Position numbers and translations under genes: made by a program. A DNA stretch of 63,836 nt, the filler included, from Rhizaria sp. SCN 62-66 (lineage: Eukaryota), in NCBI GenBank assembly GCA_001724265.1. It is 3 parts of 3 records of this genome, joined end to end, with 100 filler letters (N's around TTAATTAATTAA, not from the genome) between each part and the next. Parts side by side here need not be neighbours in the genome. Positions count along the whole stretch, not along the records: positions 1 to 30,919 come from MEDY01000439.1; positions 31,020 to 53,150 come from MEDY01000440.1; 1 more part is not named here. One strand, written 5' to 3'. The stretch's first letter is position 1, and every line of letters starts with the position of its first letter. A model generated the notes under the pieces. That model was not told where the DNA came from and did no database searches. It saw nothing but the letters and a program-made list of their open reading frames with translations. This document shows positions 20,701-31,457 of this stretch, piece by piece.

Positions 20701-21888
20701 TTACTGCTCAGGAGCGTCGGCGGGAGCGCCCTTGGTGGCCATGCTCTCCCAGTTCTGGTACGAGCGCTGCGCGAACTGCGACTGCGAGCGCGCCCACGCG
20801 AGCATGTTGTGCTCCCACTCTGTGACGCGCTTGAGCCACGCCTGGCGGACCTCGACGTTGAGCAGCAGCTTGGTCACGGCCTCGAGCAGCGTCGCGTCCT
20901 CCTCTTCCTTGCGCAGATCCTGCTCGCGCGCTGCGCGGTGCTTGTCCGAGTCGCACTTGGTGCCCGGGTCGGCCCACTTGTTCGCCTTGGCCTTGGACTT
21001 GTCGTGGCGCGACTTGTACGACGCACGCAGCGCGAGCAGCGCGATCATCTGCTTCGCGTCGGCCGCCTCATCCATGAACGTGTTCTGCAGGAAATGCGTG
21101 TAGCCGTTCTCGAACTCCTTGGCGTCGACGTGCCACTGTGAAAAGTGCTCCAGGAAGGGCGCGCGGGCCGGGGACGCGACGGCGCTGTCGCGCTCATGGT
21201 TGTACACCGTCTGCAGTACGGACGCGACCTTGGACAGCACGGCGACCGACTTGGTTTGCAGCGACGCCAGGTCGTGCGTGTGCGACGCCATCTGCGACAG
21301 ACGGTCCTCCTCGCCCTTGAAAAAGTCCTCCATAGCCTGGAGCTCGGCGTCCACGCCCACAGGGGTCGACGCCGCGAGGACGTCGCCGTAGTACTGCTGG
21401 AACGACGATAGGACCTGGCCCACGGTGCGGGCCTCGGCGGCCTTCTTGGCCTCCTTCATCGAGTCCTCAAAGCCGTGGGCGCGGACAAGGAACATCTGGA
21501 ACACGGCCGACTCGGCCAGGATTGGGATGCGCGCAACGCGGTTGAGGAAGCGCTCGAGTCCTGGACGGCGGCGGCCGAGGATGTAGTCTTCGTTCATGTT
21601 GCCCAAGGCCTTCTTGGGCGGCAGCGGCGGGATGAAGACGCCCGGAAACATCTCCGTCAGCACGGCATGCAGCGAGTCGAAGTCCGAGTAGCGGCGGTAC
21701 ACGTGGTCCACCACCACGGGGTCCGTCGTGATCTTGTACACGTAGTGCTGGTTCAGCCGGTTCGACCCGCGCAGCTCGGGGTCGTGCACGGTGATCGAGG
21801 AGAAGCTGATGGCGCCGTTGGCAGTCGCAGACGCGCCGGACGACGTCGCCGCGCCGCCAAAGTCGATCTCACGGTCCTCGTGACTCAT
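20701..21888 (-). CDS. PX-BAR sorting nexin (SNX1/2/Vps5-like), 395 aa
   Basis: PX motifs VYRRYSDFDSLH..L...FPGVFIPPLPPKK and RRPGLERFLNRV..HP/IP.L, followed by a helical BAR-like region. TAA stop. Confidence 0.9.
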   Translation of the reverse strand: MSHEDREIDFGGAATSSGASATANGAISFSSITVHDPELRGSNRLNQHYVYKITTDPVVVDHVYRRYSDFDSLHAVLTEMFPGVFIPPLPPKKALGNMNEDYILGRRRPGLERFLNRVARIPILAESAVFQMFLVRAHGFEDSMKEAKKAAEARTVGQVLSSFQQYYGDVLAASTPVGVDAELQAMEDFFKGEEDRLSQMASHTHDLASLQTKSVAVLSKVASVLQTVYNHERDSAVASPARAPFLEHFSQWHVDAKEFENGYTHFLQNTFMDEAADAKQMIALLALRASYKSRHDKSKAKANKWADPGTKCDSDKHRAAREQDLRKEEEDATLLEAVTKLLLNVEVRQAWLKRVTEWEHNMLAWARSQSQFAQRSYQNWESMATKGAPADAPEQ

Positions 21889-22951
21889 AGATTCGCAGGG
21901 CTAAGTCAAGTGGCAGGGAAAGATGATAGGCCGATTTGGGCGAGAGGCAAACCAGGGGAATTAGAAGCAAGTCGGAGAAGGTTTTGCGGATAAGCACAAC
22001 GCTGTCATACGCACAACAAAGATTACTCGTGAAGTATGAAGGTGTTATCTCATCCGTGAGTCATTAAATGAGTCATCAATGCTTCGGGAGACAAGCGACG
22101 AGCAAAGCATGCGTATCGACCGACCCAATTTTCGGGTGATCCCATGCAATAAATTGCGCTTGATCAAAAATGACAAATCGTGAATAAACACAAATAGCAG
22201 CATTCTATTGTGAAACACCCAGATCAAGTCTATCTGCGGTCTCACAGCTGGCGAAAACGTAAATATCGGATCGTGCGTTTCGCTCACGTCGCGAGCGTGT
22301 CTGCGAGTCGGTCCCTTAAGAACCTTAAGAACCGACTGACTCCGACTGCAGGTGACTGCTCACAGTCACCACAACTGAGGAATGACATTTCGACAGATAT
22401 CACAACCTGCAGTATGATACAGATACGCGCAGCTAAAAACAAATGTCCCACTATTTACATGCTAATTATTGCATGCCAGCAGTAACTTCGAGTTGAGTGA
22501 TCCCTGTCTATCATGTATCTCACTTGAATTTTTGGAGCGTGCGACCCGTAAAACAGGGCTCTGTCATGGCGTTGAAGCCATACCTCAAACTGATATTTGG
22601 TAGCAACAAGTACAGATTGGGCGTATACATATTTATTTATACAATATCTATCTGTGACGCGAGTGGTTGCGAAGATTGAGCAATAGACGATCGTCGCAGC
22701 TTGTCCGTGTCACCACATGAAGAATGATAGTATGCTACTGCATGACAGCTCCCCTGCTCGAGATTGTGGTTTGATGGCAATATCATCACGTGTTATGGCA
22801 TGTCTTGGCAACTGCGACTACTCCTAAAGTAGAGAAATCTTGGTCTGCACTCCTGGGGACTCGTCCCAGAGTAAACGTCAAGGGGTGTCGCGTTCGTGCA
22901 GAGGGGGCAACTCTATTCAGAGTTGATTTCGCCAGAATATTGATAAAAACC

Positions 22952-23241
22952 TGTCACAACCGACATTCTGCATAAAATTCCAGTCGACAGCTTTTGCCGG
23001 TCGCGATTTAAAGGTGGCGTTTCTTGTGTATACACACTTTGTTTTCCTGTGAACACAGACTCTCTTTTTCTATGAAAACAATAAGAANATAAATTGTTAT
23101 TGTTGTTTTCACAGAAAAGAGAAGTCTGTGTACACAGGAAACACCACCCTTATATGGCCGCGGGGAATTGATGTTTGGTGGTGTTTGTCCCAGTGTGAGC
23201 CTGTGAGACTTGATATTTTATGCAGAATGTCGGTTGTGACA
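22952..23241. mobile_element. 290-bp fold-back / MITE-like element with 27-bp perfect terminal inverted repeats
   Basis: tgtcacaaccgacattctgcataaaat (22952-22978) is the exact reverse complement of 23215-23241. Imperfect inner arms at 23043-23081 and 23103-23141. Flanks are aaaacc / aaagcc. Confidence 0.6.
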
Positions 23242-23998
23242 AAAGCCGCCCAGATGCATGTGGTGAGTAATATATGACGAGAAAGCTCATATTTAACATA
23301 ATGTTTGGATAGGCATCTTCGGTCAGTGTTTAACAAGTTGTTATGTGCAGGGTATTAATGTGTGTAATAGATGCTCTGCTCTTGTGCAGTTTGTGTTGCA
23401 ATGTGTGCAAGTGCGAATGAAGATTATTAAGATTTTTGTCCGCGTCGCCATACGAATCGTCAGAAGTCACCTTATTGTGACATCTTTGAGCTTCGATTTA
23501 GGCGGGTGACTTTGTTTAACTAGTAAGCTTATTAATACAACGTACTGTATATATTTTATATCCCCGAGTTGTAGAGTAGTGTAAACACAAATAGAAAGAA
23601 TGTCAGCAAGTACATTTTGGGCATGCGTTGTCCTTTGCAACTCCATTCCTCCAGACCCGAATATTCATTACAATCCTTATAGTCGTCACTATCATTTCCA
23701 CAATCCTAACTATTCGTCGTAGTAATAATTAATCCATAAACACGTTGTAACATGTATTTAATAACTAACGTCATGGCTACGCGCACATTATTAGCAATCT
23801 CACATTGTATTAATCCCCTTGCCGGGGTTCTCAAAATATCAGATCTGGCGCTGTAGTCCCTGTTTGATAGAGTTAGAGGATCACAGTCACTTTTCCTAAC
23901 ATTCCCGGTGTCATAGCTTCTGTTACGCGCATTCTCGACACGACGTTCAAAACCTTTATCAAACCATTAAATCAGTTCATTGCCGATTGAGAGAGTTC

Positions 23999-26900
23999 TC
24001 AACCACGTTGCCCAGCGTTGGCCGCGCCGTCATCGTGCGCGATCTGCGCGTCGAACACCATGAGCTGGTTCTTGAGAGCGCGGATCTGTTCGTGCTGGCG
24101 CTCGACCTGCTGCTGCAGTGCCGCCGCGGCCGCCTGCTGCTGTTGCTGCTGCTGGCGCTGCGTGCCGCTGCCGCCGCCGCCGCGAACCTGTTGTTGTTGC
24201 TGCTGGGCGGCCGTCTTGAGCCGGTGCTGCGCGCGCGTGACCTGGAGCTCGCGGCGCAGCTGGTTGATCTCCTTGGTGAGCGCCACGCTCTCCTGGGTGA
24301 CGCGGGCCTTCTCCTCGGCGTGCGCGCTCAGGGCCTTCTTGCCCTTAGCAACGAGAGCCTGTATGAACAAAAATAAGAAGAAATGTGAGTATAAGGGGGA
24401 TCATCAAATTACATGAATGATATAAAAAATAAACTACAAGATGAAGAAATAGTAATCAGCGAGAACAATCAGTCATGCAACGTACGTCGATGGAGCGCTC
24501 TAAGTACTGCCTCTGGCGCTGGTGCTCGCCGTGGACGTCGCGCACCGTGCGCGACACGCCGTGGCGCGGGCCGGAGCGGCCGAAGCCGTGCGTGGACAGC
24601 GTGGCCCACGCGCGGTGAGTCTGCCCAAAGGAAGACATGAGCAGGCCGCCCGTCGCGCTCTTGCTGCCCTTAGCACCGCCATCGCCCTGCGCAGCGCCGG
24701 CGCCGGCGCCGGTCTGGGTGAGCGCGAGCGGGGATGACACGGGGTGCCCGTCGGGGCCCAGGCGCACGCCCGCGGCCAGCGCATCGCGCTGCTCGCGCAG
24801 AAGCTCCGTGTCGGACACGCCGAGCACGTGCTGCTGGTACACGGCGCGGAGCCCGTGCTTCATCTGGCGCGTCACTGCGCTGAGCTCCGCGCTCTGGCCC
24901 GACACGGCGGCCACGGCGCCCAGCGCGGCGCCCGCGGCGGCGGCGGCGGCGGCGGCGGCCGAGGCGGAGTCCGCGCCCGCGGGCCCCGTAAGCGCGGGCG
25001 GGTGTGCGGCGCCCGACGCCGCGCCCGCAGCGGCCGCCATGGCGACTGCAAGTTGCTGCGCAGCCGCGACAGGCGCGCCGAGCCACTCGCGGATGGCCGA
25101 CTTGAACGCGCGCAACCGCTGCGCGATGACGGTGCGCTGCTGGCCCAGGCGCTCGGCCTCGCGTTCAAGCCCGTGGAGACGCTCGCCGAGGCGGCGCACA
25201 TGCAGCTCGAGCGCCTGCGACGTCTGGTCGTACTGCGCCAGCTCGCGGTGCATGAGCACAACCTGCGCCTTGAGCGCCTCCATCTCGCGCCGGCGCGGCT
25301 CCAGCTGCCGCTTGAGCTCGGCCAGCTTGCAGTCGAGCACGAACTTGAACTTCTCCAGCTCCTGTGCCTTCTTCTTAAGCTGCGCAAGGCGGCGCACCTT
25401 GTCTTGCACAGCGGCGTCGCGCTCACGGAGCTCGCGGACCGAGACCTGGATGTCCTTAGACAGGTCCGCGATGTCGCCGTAGAGCTGCTCGTGGTGCGCC
25501 TTGGTGGCTTGCAGTTGCGACAGACTCGTGCTGACGCTTGCGCGCAGCACCTTAAACTTGTTCTGATGGAACGCGTTCGAGTCGCGCAGCTTCAGCGTCG
25601 CCGCACGCTCCTTAAGGAACTTGCCCTCAAAGGCCGTGCGCAGCTCGTCAATCTCCTCGTCGGCGTCGCCCTCGACGAGCTGTTTCAGCTGCGCATATTG
25701 CGTCGCGGTCTCTTGTGTCGCCGCGACGAGCTTGGCGCGCTCCTCGCGCTCCGTGGCGAGCCGCGCCGCGTACTCTGCCTCGCGCTCGGCAAGCTCGCGG
25801 CGCGCTCGCTCGCCGGCCTCCAGGGCCTCTGCCTCGGCGAGCGCGTGCTCAGCGTCGAGCCGGCGCTGGACCTCCTCGCAGCGCGCCTCCTCGGCCTGCA
25901 CCTTGCCCGTGTACATGCTCTCCTGCGCGCTGAGCTTCTCCTGGTGGTGCTGCGACAACTGCTCCAGCTTGAAGGCAAACCACGACTCAGCCTTGGCTTT
26001 GTCTTCCTCGAGCTCGCGCAGACGGCGCGCGCCGAGGTCAAGTTCGGACTGGAAACGCGTCTCGATGTCACGGCGCTTCTCGCGGTACGCCTCTTCTTTG
26101 TGCGCGACTTCGCTGTCGTTGTCTGCCGCGGCGCGCTCAACGCGGGCCTGCAGTTCGATCGTCTTAAGCGACTTCTCAGCGAGGTCGGCGCGCGAGACGA
26201 GCACCTCCGTCGCCCAGGGCAGACCGCCGCCGGGGCCCGAGGCCAGCGACGAGGACGAGGACGAGCCCGACGTGCCGTCGCCGCCCAGGTGGTCGAGCGA
26301 TGAGAACGAGCTCGACTCGGCGCTGCCGAGGGCGCCAGCCGCACTGGCGGGCTGGTGCAGCAGCTCGAACACGCATATGGTGCCGTCCTCGGAGGCCGTG
26401 AAGAGGAAGCGGTCGTACGGCGCGAGCGCAACGCGCGTGACGGGTGCTGAGTGGCACTGAATGTCGTAGCAATGGTCCGTCAGCGGCAGCGAAAAGCACC
26501 GCAGCACGCCCACGTCAGTGCCGGCAAAGAGAATCTGCTGCTTGCCGCTCGCGCTGGCGCCGGCGACGGTGACGGTCGTGCTGCCCTTTTGCCCGCCCGC
26601 GAAGGTGCCCGCGCCGGCCTTGCCAGTCGCTGCGCCAGCGGCGGCGTTAGCGAGCAGCAGCGGCTGCGTTACGACGAGCTGCGTCAGCGTCACGTTGTGG
26701 TGCTGGTCGATCGCGACGTCCGAGTCCTGCACCACGCGCAGGTGTCGGTCCGAGCTGGCCGCGTAGAGCCGGCTGGTCTGGCGCGACTCGGCGACCGCAA
26801 CGGCGCTGGTGAACTGCCCCCGCGAGAGCGAGTACGACTGCACGATGGGGAAATCCTTCGCGGCGGCCGCGGCGGCCGCGGCGGCGGCGGAGACGCCCGC

Positions 26901-29204
26901 AGCGTTGGCCGCGGCGACCGAGGCCGGGGTAGGCAGCGTGCCGTCGGTGGAGGTCGCAGCGGTGAGGCCCGCGACGGCAGAGGGCGTAACCTTAAAGTGG
27001 ATGACCTGGCCGTCAGCGCCCGCGGAGGTGATTGCGCTGTCGTCCGTGGCCCAGGCAAGCGAGCGGACGCGGCCGCGGTGCGTGGCGAAGGTGCCCAGCA
27101 GCTCGCACGAGAAGGTCGCGTATATGTGCACCGCGGCGCCATTGGCGACGGCAAGGTAGTGGCCGCCGTGGGCGAACCGCAGCTCGCGACAGGCCTTGAC
27201 GGGGAGCTCCTTGATGCAGCGCAGCTCATCCAGCAACAGCGCAAACACACGCACGCAGTCAGCGAAACCGACGACAAGCTGCAGCCCTGACGGGTGAAAT
27301 GCCACCGACAGCGGCTGCTCCGAGAAGAACTGTAGCACTTGCAGCGTGCGCGAGAGGTAGTTCCACACGCGCACGGACCGGTCAAGGCCGCACGTCAGCA
27401 GCAGAGGCTTACGCGCGCACACGTCAAGCCCCAGCACGGCTTGGAAGTGGCACGGTGAGGTGAGCTGCTCGAAGCGCACGTCATCGCTGCGGAACAGGTC
27501 GACCGCGGTGCCAGCGCCCGCAGCGCCGGCGCCGCCAGCGGCGTTCGCAGTGAGCGGAGCGGTGCCGTTGAGCGCGGCGACGACCGAGGGCGTAGCCGCG
27601 TTGGCGCCGTTGCCGCCGGCGCCGCTGGAGAGCCCCAGCCCGAGGCCGAGACCAAGGGAAAGCACAAACGACTGGTTGTTCTCGAGAGTGCAGGCGATCT
27701 TCTCCTCCCCGGGCGCGACGGTGATGCTCTTGATGCGGACGTAGTTGTTGTCGATCTGGAAGGAGCGCGTGAGGCGGTAGTACTCGCGCTCGTCGCACTC
27801 GAAGACGTACAGCACGCCCTCGTCGCTGCCGGCGACGAAGCCGCGCGAGAAGGGCGCGAGACAGTCGATGCTCTTGCCGTCGGAGGGGGAGGACTCGAGC
27901 GCACCCAGGAACTCGGCGTTCTCGTACAGCAGGATGTCGCCCGTGTCGGTACCCACGAGCACGCGTTCCTCGACCCAGCAGTGGCACGTGTAGTTGCGCG
28001 CCTCGGGACGCACCGTCGCCGCGGCCGCAGAGGCTCCGTTGGCACCGCCGGCGTTGTTGTTGCCGCCGGTGGCCGAGGCTGTGGTGGTGCTGACGGCCAT
28101 AGAGATCGGGATAGCCTTGAACTCGGAGTTCTCAATGTGCAGAAAGCGCAGAATGCCGTTGCCAGTCACGCACACGACAGACGAGTCAACGGGGCAGAAG
28201 GACACCTGCGAGTGGAAAAACATCAAGAACACAAAATAGAAGATGGGACAAGAATGAGATAAATAAGAAGTCAATTAAATCAAATGTAATGTACGTCATA
28301 AAATACTACACTTGAATTTAGTTACATAAACAGTCCATATACAGCTGATATATGTCGTATCAAAGTGTTATGCAGATCTCGAGCTCGTAAAAGCGGGCAT
28401 GACGACTGTGCGTACCTGGTGGATGGCCGCGCCGGCCTGATTGCTCACCCGGGCCATCTGCAGCACGCGGCCGCGCTCGATGTTGAAGTTGACGAGCGTC
28501 CAGTCGGGCGCGCCGCCCTGCGCGAGCAGATAGCGGCAGTCAGAGCTGAAGGCCACGGAGACGAACTCGCGAGAAGTGACCTCGGGCGCCTGTAGAAGAT
28601 ACTTGCTGCGGCGCTTGAGCGAGGAGAGCTCGAAGACGGTAATGACGGCCTTCTGCGGCTCACCGCGCTCGGCCACGGCCAGCAGGCGCGAGCCGGCGTG
28701 CTGGCCCTGTTGCTGCAGCGCGCCCCCCGCGCCGCCCGCGGCGGCCGCGGCGGCGGCGGCGGAGGCGACCGAAAGCGCCGAATGCGAGACCTGAGGCGCT
28801 GAGGGGGACAGGAACGCAAGCGCGGAGATATCGCAGGAGGACACAAAGTCGGGCGAGCCCAGGGAGATGAACTTCTGCGTCTTGCGCTCCGTGTTGTACA
28901 GCACGATCGAGTAGCCTGCGGGGTACAGAACGTGCGTGTCGTCGAGGTAGTGGATGTTGTTCTTGACGTCACCCTTGAGGCCAAACACGTGCTGCAGCGC
29001 AATCGGCACCGGCGGCTGCGACGGAGACCCGCCCGCGCCGGCGGCCGTGCCGCTGCCGCCGCTGTTGGCGACAGCGGCATTGGTGCTCGTGCTGTTCGTG
29101 TTGTTGCTGTTGGCGGGGACGAGTGAGGAGGACGGGGAGAAGGAGGCCGAGCCTGCGCCCGAGGCGGCCGAAGCCGAGGCGGGATGGGAGCCAACGCCGG
29201 ACAT
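23999..29204 (-). CDS. CFAP57: Cilia- and flagella-associated protein 57 (WDR65); exons 29204-28416, 28205-24486, 24358-23999; ~1622 aa
   Basis: N-terminal HVFGLKGDVKNNIHYLD..VLYPAG..IVLYN...TQKFI. The spliced junction gives IHQ|VSFCPVD..VCVTGNG. Also GLDVCARKPLL.TC.LDRSVRVWNY, QELEKFKFVLD.K..ELKRQLEPR and C-terminal QESVALTKEINQLRREL. Both GTACGY..AG introns keep the frame; TGA stop. Confidence 0.93.
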
Positions 29205-30413
29205 TAGAATGTAAGTGGTGACACGCTACAGTCAGCAGCAACAGGTCGTAGTCTGTACTGTGTTGATCGAGCTAGACACAGAGAGCAAGCAAGCGAGCGA
29301 GCGACTGCTGCTGGGGAGGAATGAGTTAAAGGTTTGGCCGCGCAAGAGAGTGTGTGTGACTCTACAAAAGAAGTACACGCCTTGGGGGCGGAGAAAATAA
29401 AGAAAAGACCTAAAGGGCAGAAGCAGGGGTGGCGCGAGAGCAAGGTGAGCTGGGGTGGTAAGACAAGGTAACTGGTCGGCAGGACATAAGCCACAGCAAA
29501 GTGAAACAGCGGTCTGGTGACTCAAAAAAGAAATATATAATGAATCATAACGTTAAACATCTTTCTTGAAAACAAGAGCCCAATCAACGATGGCACAGAC
29601 CCAGAATTGACTCTGTCAGTTCGGCCACCTTGAACAACGAACGTAACGTCTCTTCGGTCGGCGGTTCGCGGTCGCTTGATGTTGGATTTTTACGAACCGA
29701 CCATCGTTAAATTCAGCGTAACGATGCATATCTCAACCAAACAGAGTCCTTCTGCTTAAGCAACTACCCAATCATATATGCTTGGCTTTTTATTTATCAT
29801 ATTAAGGTCGTATTCTGATCCAAGATTGTACATCTTCTTCAAAGTGCCCTAACAGCCAACAGCGACGATATCACAACATGCAATCTCGCCTGCAGCGGAA
29901 GACAACATTCCCACAAGACTTCAAGATAACGATGATATGTCTAATCCATGCTTGAGAGACCTATTCACGGTTATTTTAAAGTGACATGAAGCCATCTATG
30001 CGGCATATACCCTCACAGTAGGTCATCAAGCAACCAAGCTCATCGTAAACTAGAAAAAATATGGCACTCATCAAGCGCCCCAAAGGCTAAAACTCGCATA
30101 TAATATGTACACCATCGTGTTAAATCTATTTGCAAGAGTAAATCAACATTGCTATCGACTGCATAGCGCAAGAGTGAGAAAGGCGTCCTCCTAGTCAAGC
30201 CAGGTCTAAGTACCTTGCCGAGATCCACTATATCAGGCTGTGTGCACCACAGTCAGCATCTTTGAGAAATCAAACAAAATTTAAAATAGGCAACGGCATA
30301 TATAAGCCAAGAATGTTATTTGATCTCTCTAAGAGTCTGGGTGGTCGACAGGATATGATGCGAAGTAGTCGACAGAAGGAAGTTAAGCCGGGCGGGTCCC
30401 CCTTAGACGTCCG

Positions 30414-30428
30414 CGCCGGTCTGGGTTG
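30414..30428 (+). promoter_or_regulatory. Candidate promoter element CGCCGGTCTGGGTTG upstream of RPL8
   Basis: An identical 15-mer occurs at 62893-62907 upstream of another gene. Both copies are preceded ~20 nt earlier by GGTCCC. Confidence 0.4.
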
Positions 30429-30530
30429 GTCCGAGCTGCGGGCTGGCCGGGGAGCGGGGCGAGGGAGATAAGCGTCAACTTTGTCTTGGGCTCCCTCGTC
30501 TGCCAGTGGATTGGTTACCGAAACAATAAT

Positions 30531-30919
30531 ATGGGTCGTGTCATTCGCGGTACGTTTTACTTCTGAACGCATATAATTTTCTCACAGACGGCGTATTTCC
30601 GGCCCCGAAGCCTTTGGCGGAACTCCGCCTCAGCCTTGTCTGAAGCCCAGCCTTCGGCCCCAGGACTGTTGTCGTCGCTTCCTGACCTGCCTTTGCGTGC
30701 GCTCACGCCCTCTTGCCCACTCGTTGCTTCTCTTTCCTTTGCTCTTTGCCCTCCTTCTATCTTCCCCCACCTACAGCTCAGCGTAAGGGTAACAATACGG
30801 TGTTCAACGCCGTTACCACGCACCGCAAGGGTGCTGCCAAGTACCGTGCCATCGACTACGTCGAGCGCAAGGGCTACATCAAGGGTGTCGTCAAGAGCAT
30901 CATGCACGACCCCGGACGT
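30531..30919 (+). CDS. RPL8: 60S ribosomal protein L8 (uL2), 5' fragment; exons 30531-30549 and 30777-30919
   Basis: Spliced product [54 protein letters not shown]. Intron 30550-30776 (GTACGT...CTACAG). Truncated by the contig end. Confidence 0.95.
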
Positions 30920-31019
30920 NNNNNNNNNNNNNNNNNNNNNNNNNNNNNNNNNNNNNNNNNNNNTTAATTAATTAANNNNNNNNNNNNNNNNNNNNNNNNN
31001 NNNNNNNNNNNNNNNNNNN
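30920..31019. other. Artificial contig-joining spacer (N44-TTAATTAATTAA-N44)
   Basis: Exactly 100 nt with a stop-in-all-frames linker; the same spacer occurs at 53151-53250. Confidence 0.97.
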
Positions 31020-31457
31020 TAAATAAACCACGTAGTTTGATAACTTCTACGAAAGTGCGCCAAAGTCGCAAAAAAAGCGCGAATTCGCGTTTTTTAGTTG
31101 ACGCTACATAGGGGTTACGTCTCACCACAAACACGATTCTCCTTTCGAAAGTTCCGAACTGATACTTATCGAGCACTCAATAGTAAGTTCAATCGCTAAT
31201 GTCTCGTCGTAGTTGCCACAAGCAGCCAAATAATCTTAAAATGTGGAACAAATTAACGTACTTTGATAAATTACAGTGTCAGAAACGCAGATACATCACC
31301 TAAAAGAAGGTCTGAAACAACGCGCACTCAACTGCCTCTCGCCTCAAACACAAACCATCCTTACTTTCCTTTTGTTCATAGCGCTTCAAAACCCACGTGT
31401 ATCAACGCGAATTTGTGTGTATCTTTTAATATCAAACGCCGATTGCAGCTGGGCTCT

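Noticed and set aside
30964-30975. TTAATTAATTAA motif repeated at 53195
   Set aside because: Artificial linker within N padding. Gene adjacency across it is not meaningful.
31070-31096. Palindrome aaaaaagcgcgaattcgcgtttttt near the contig start
   Set aside because: Short and single, with no partner or context. A bacterial-terminator reading does not apply to this eukaryotic DNA.
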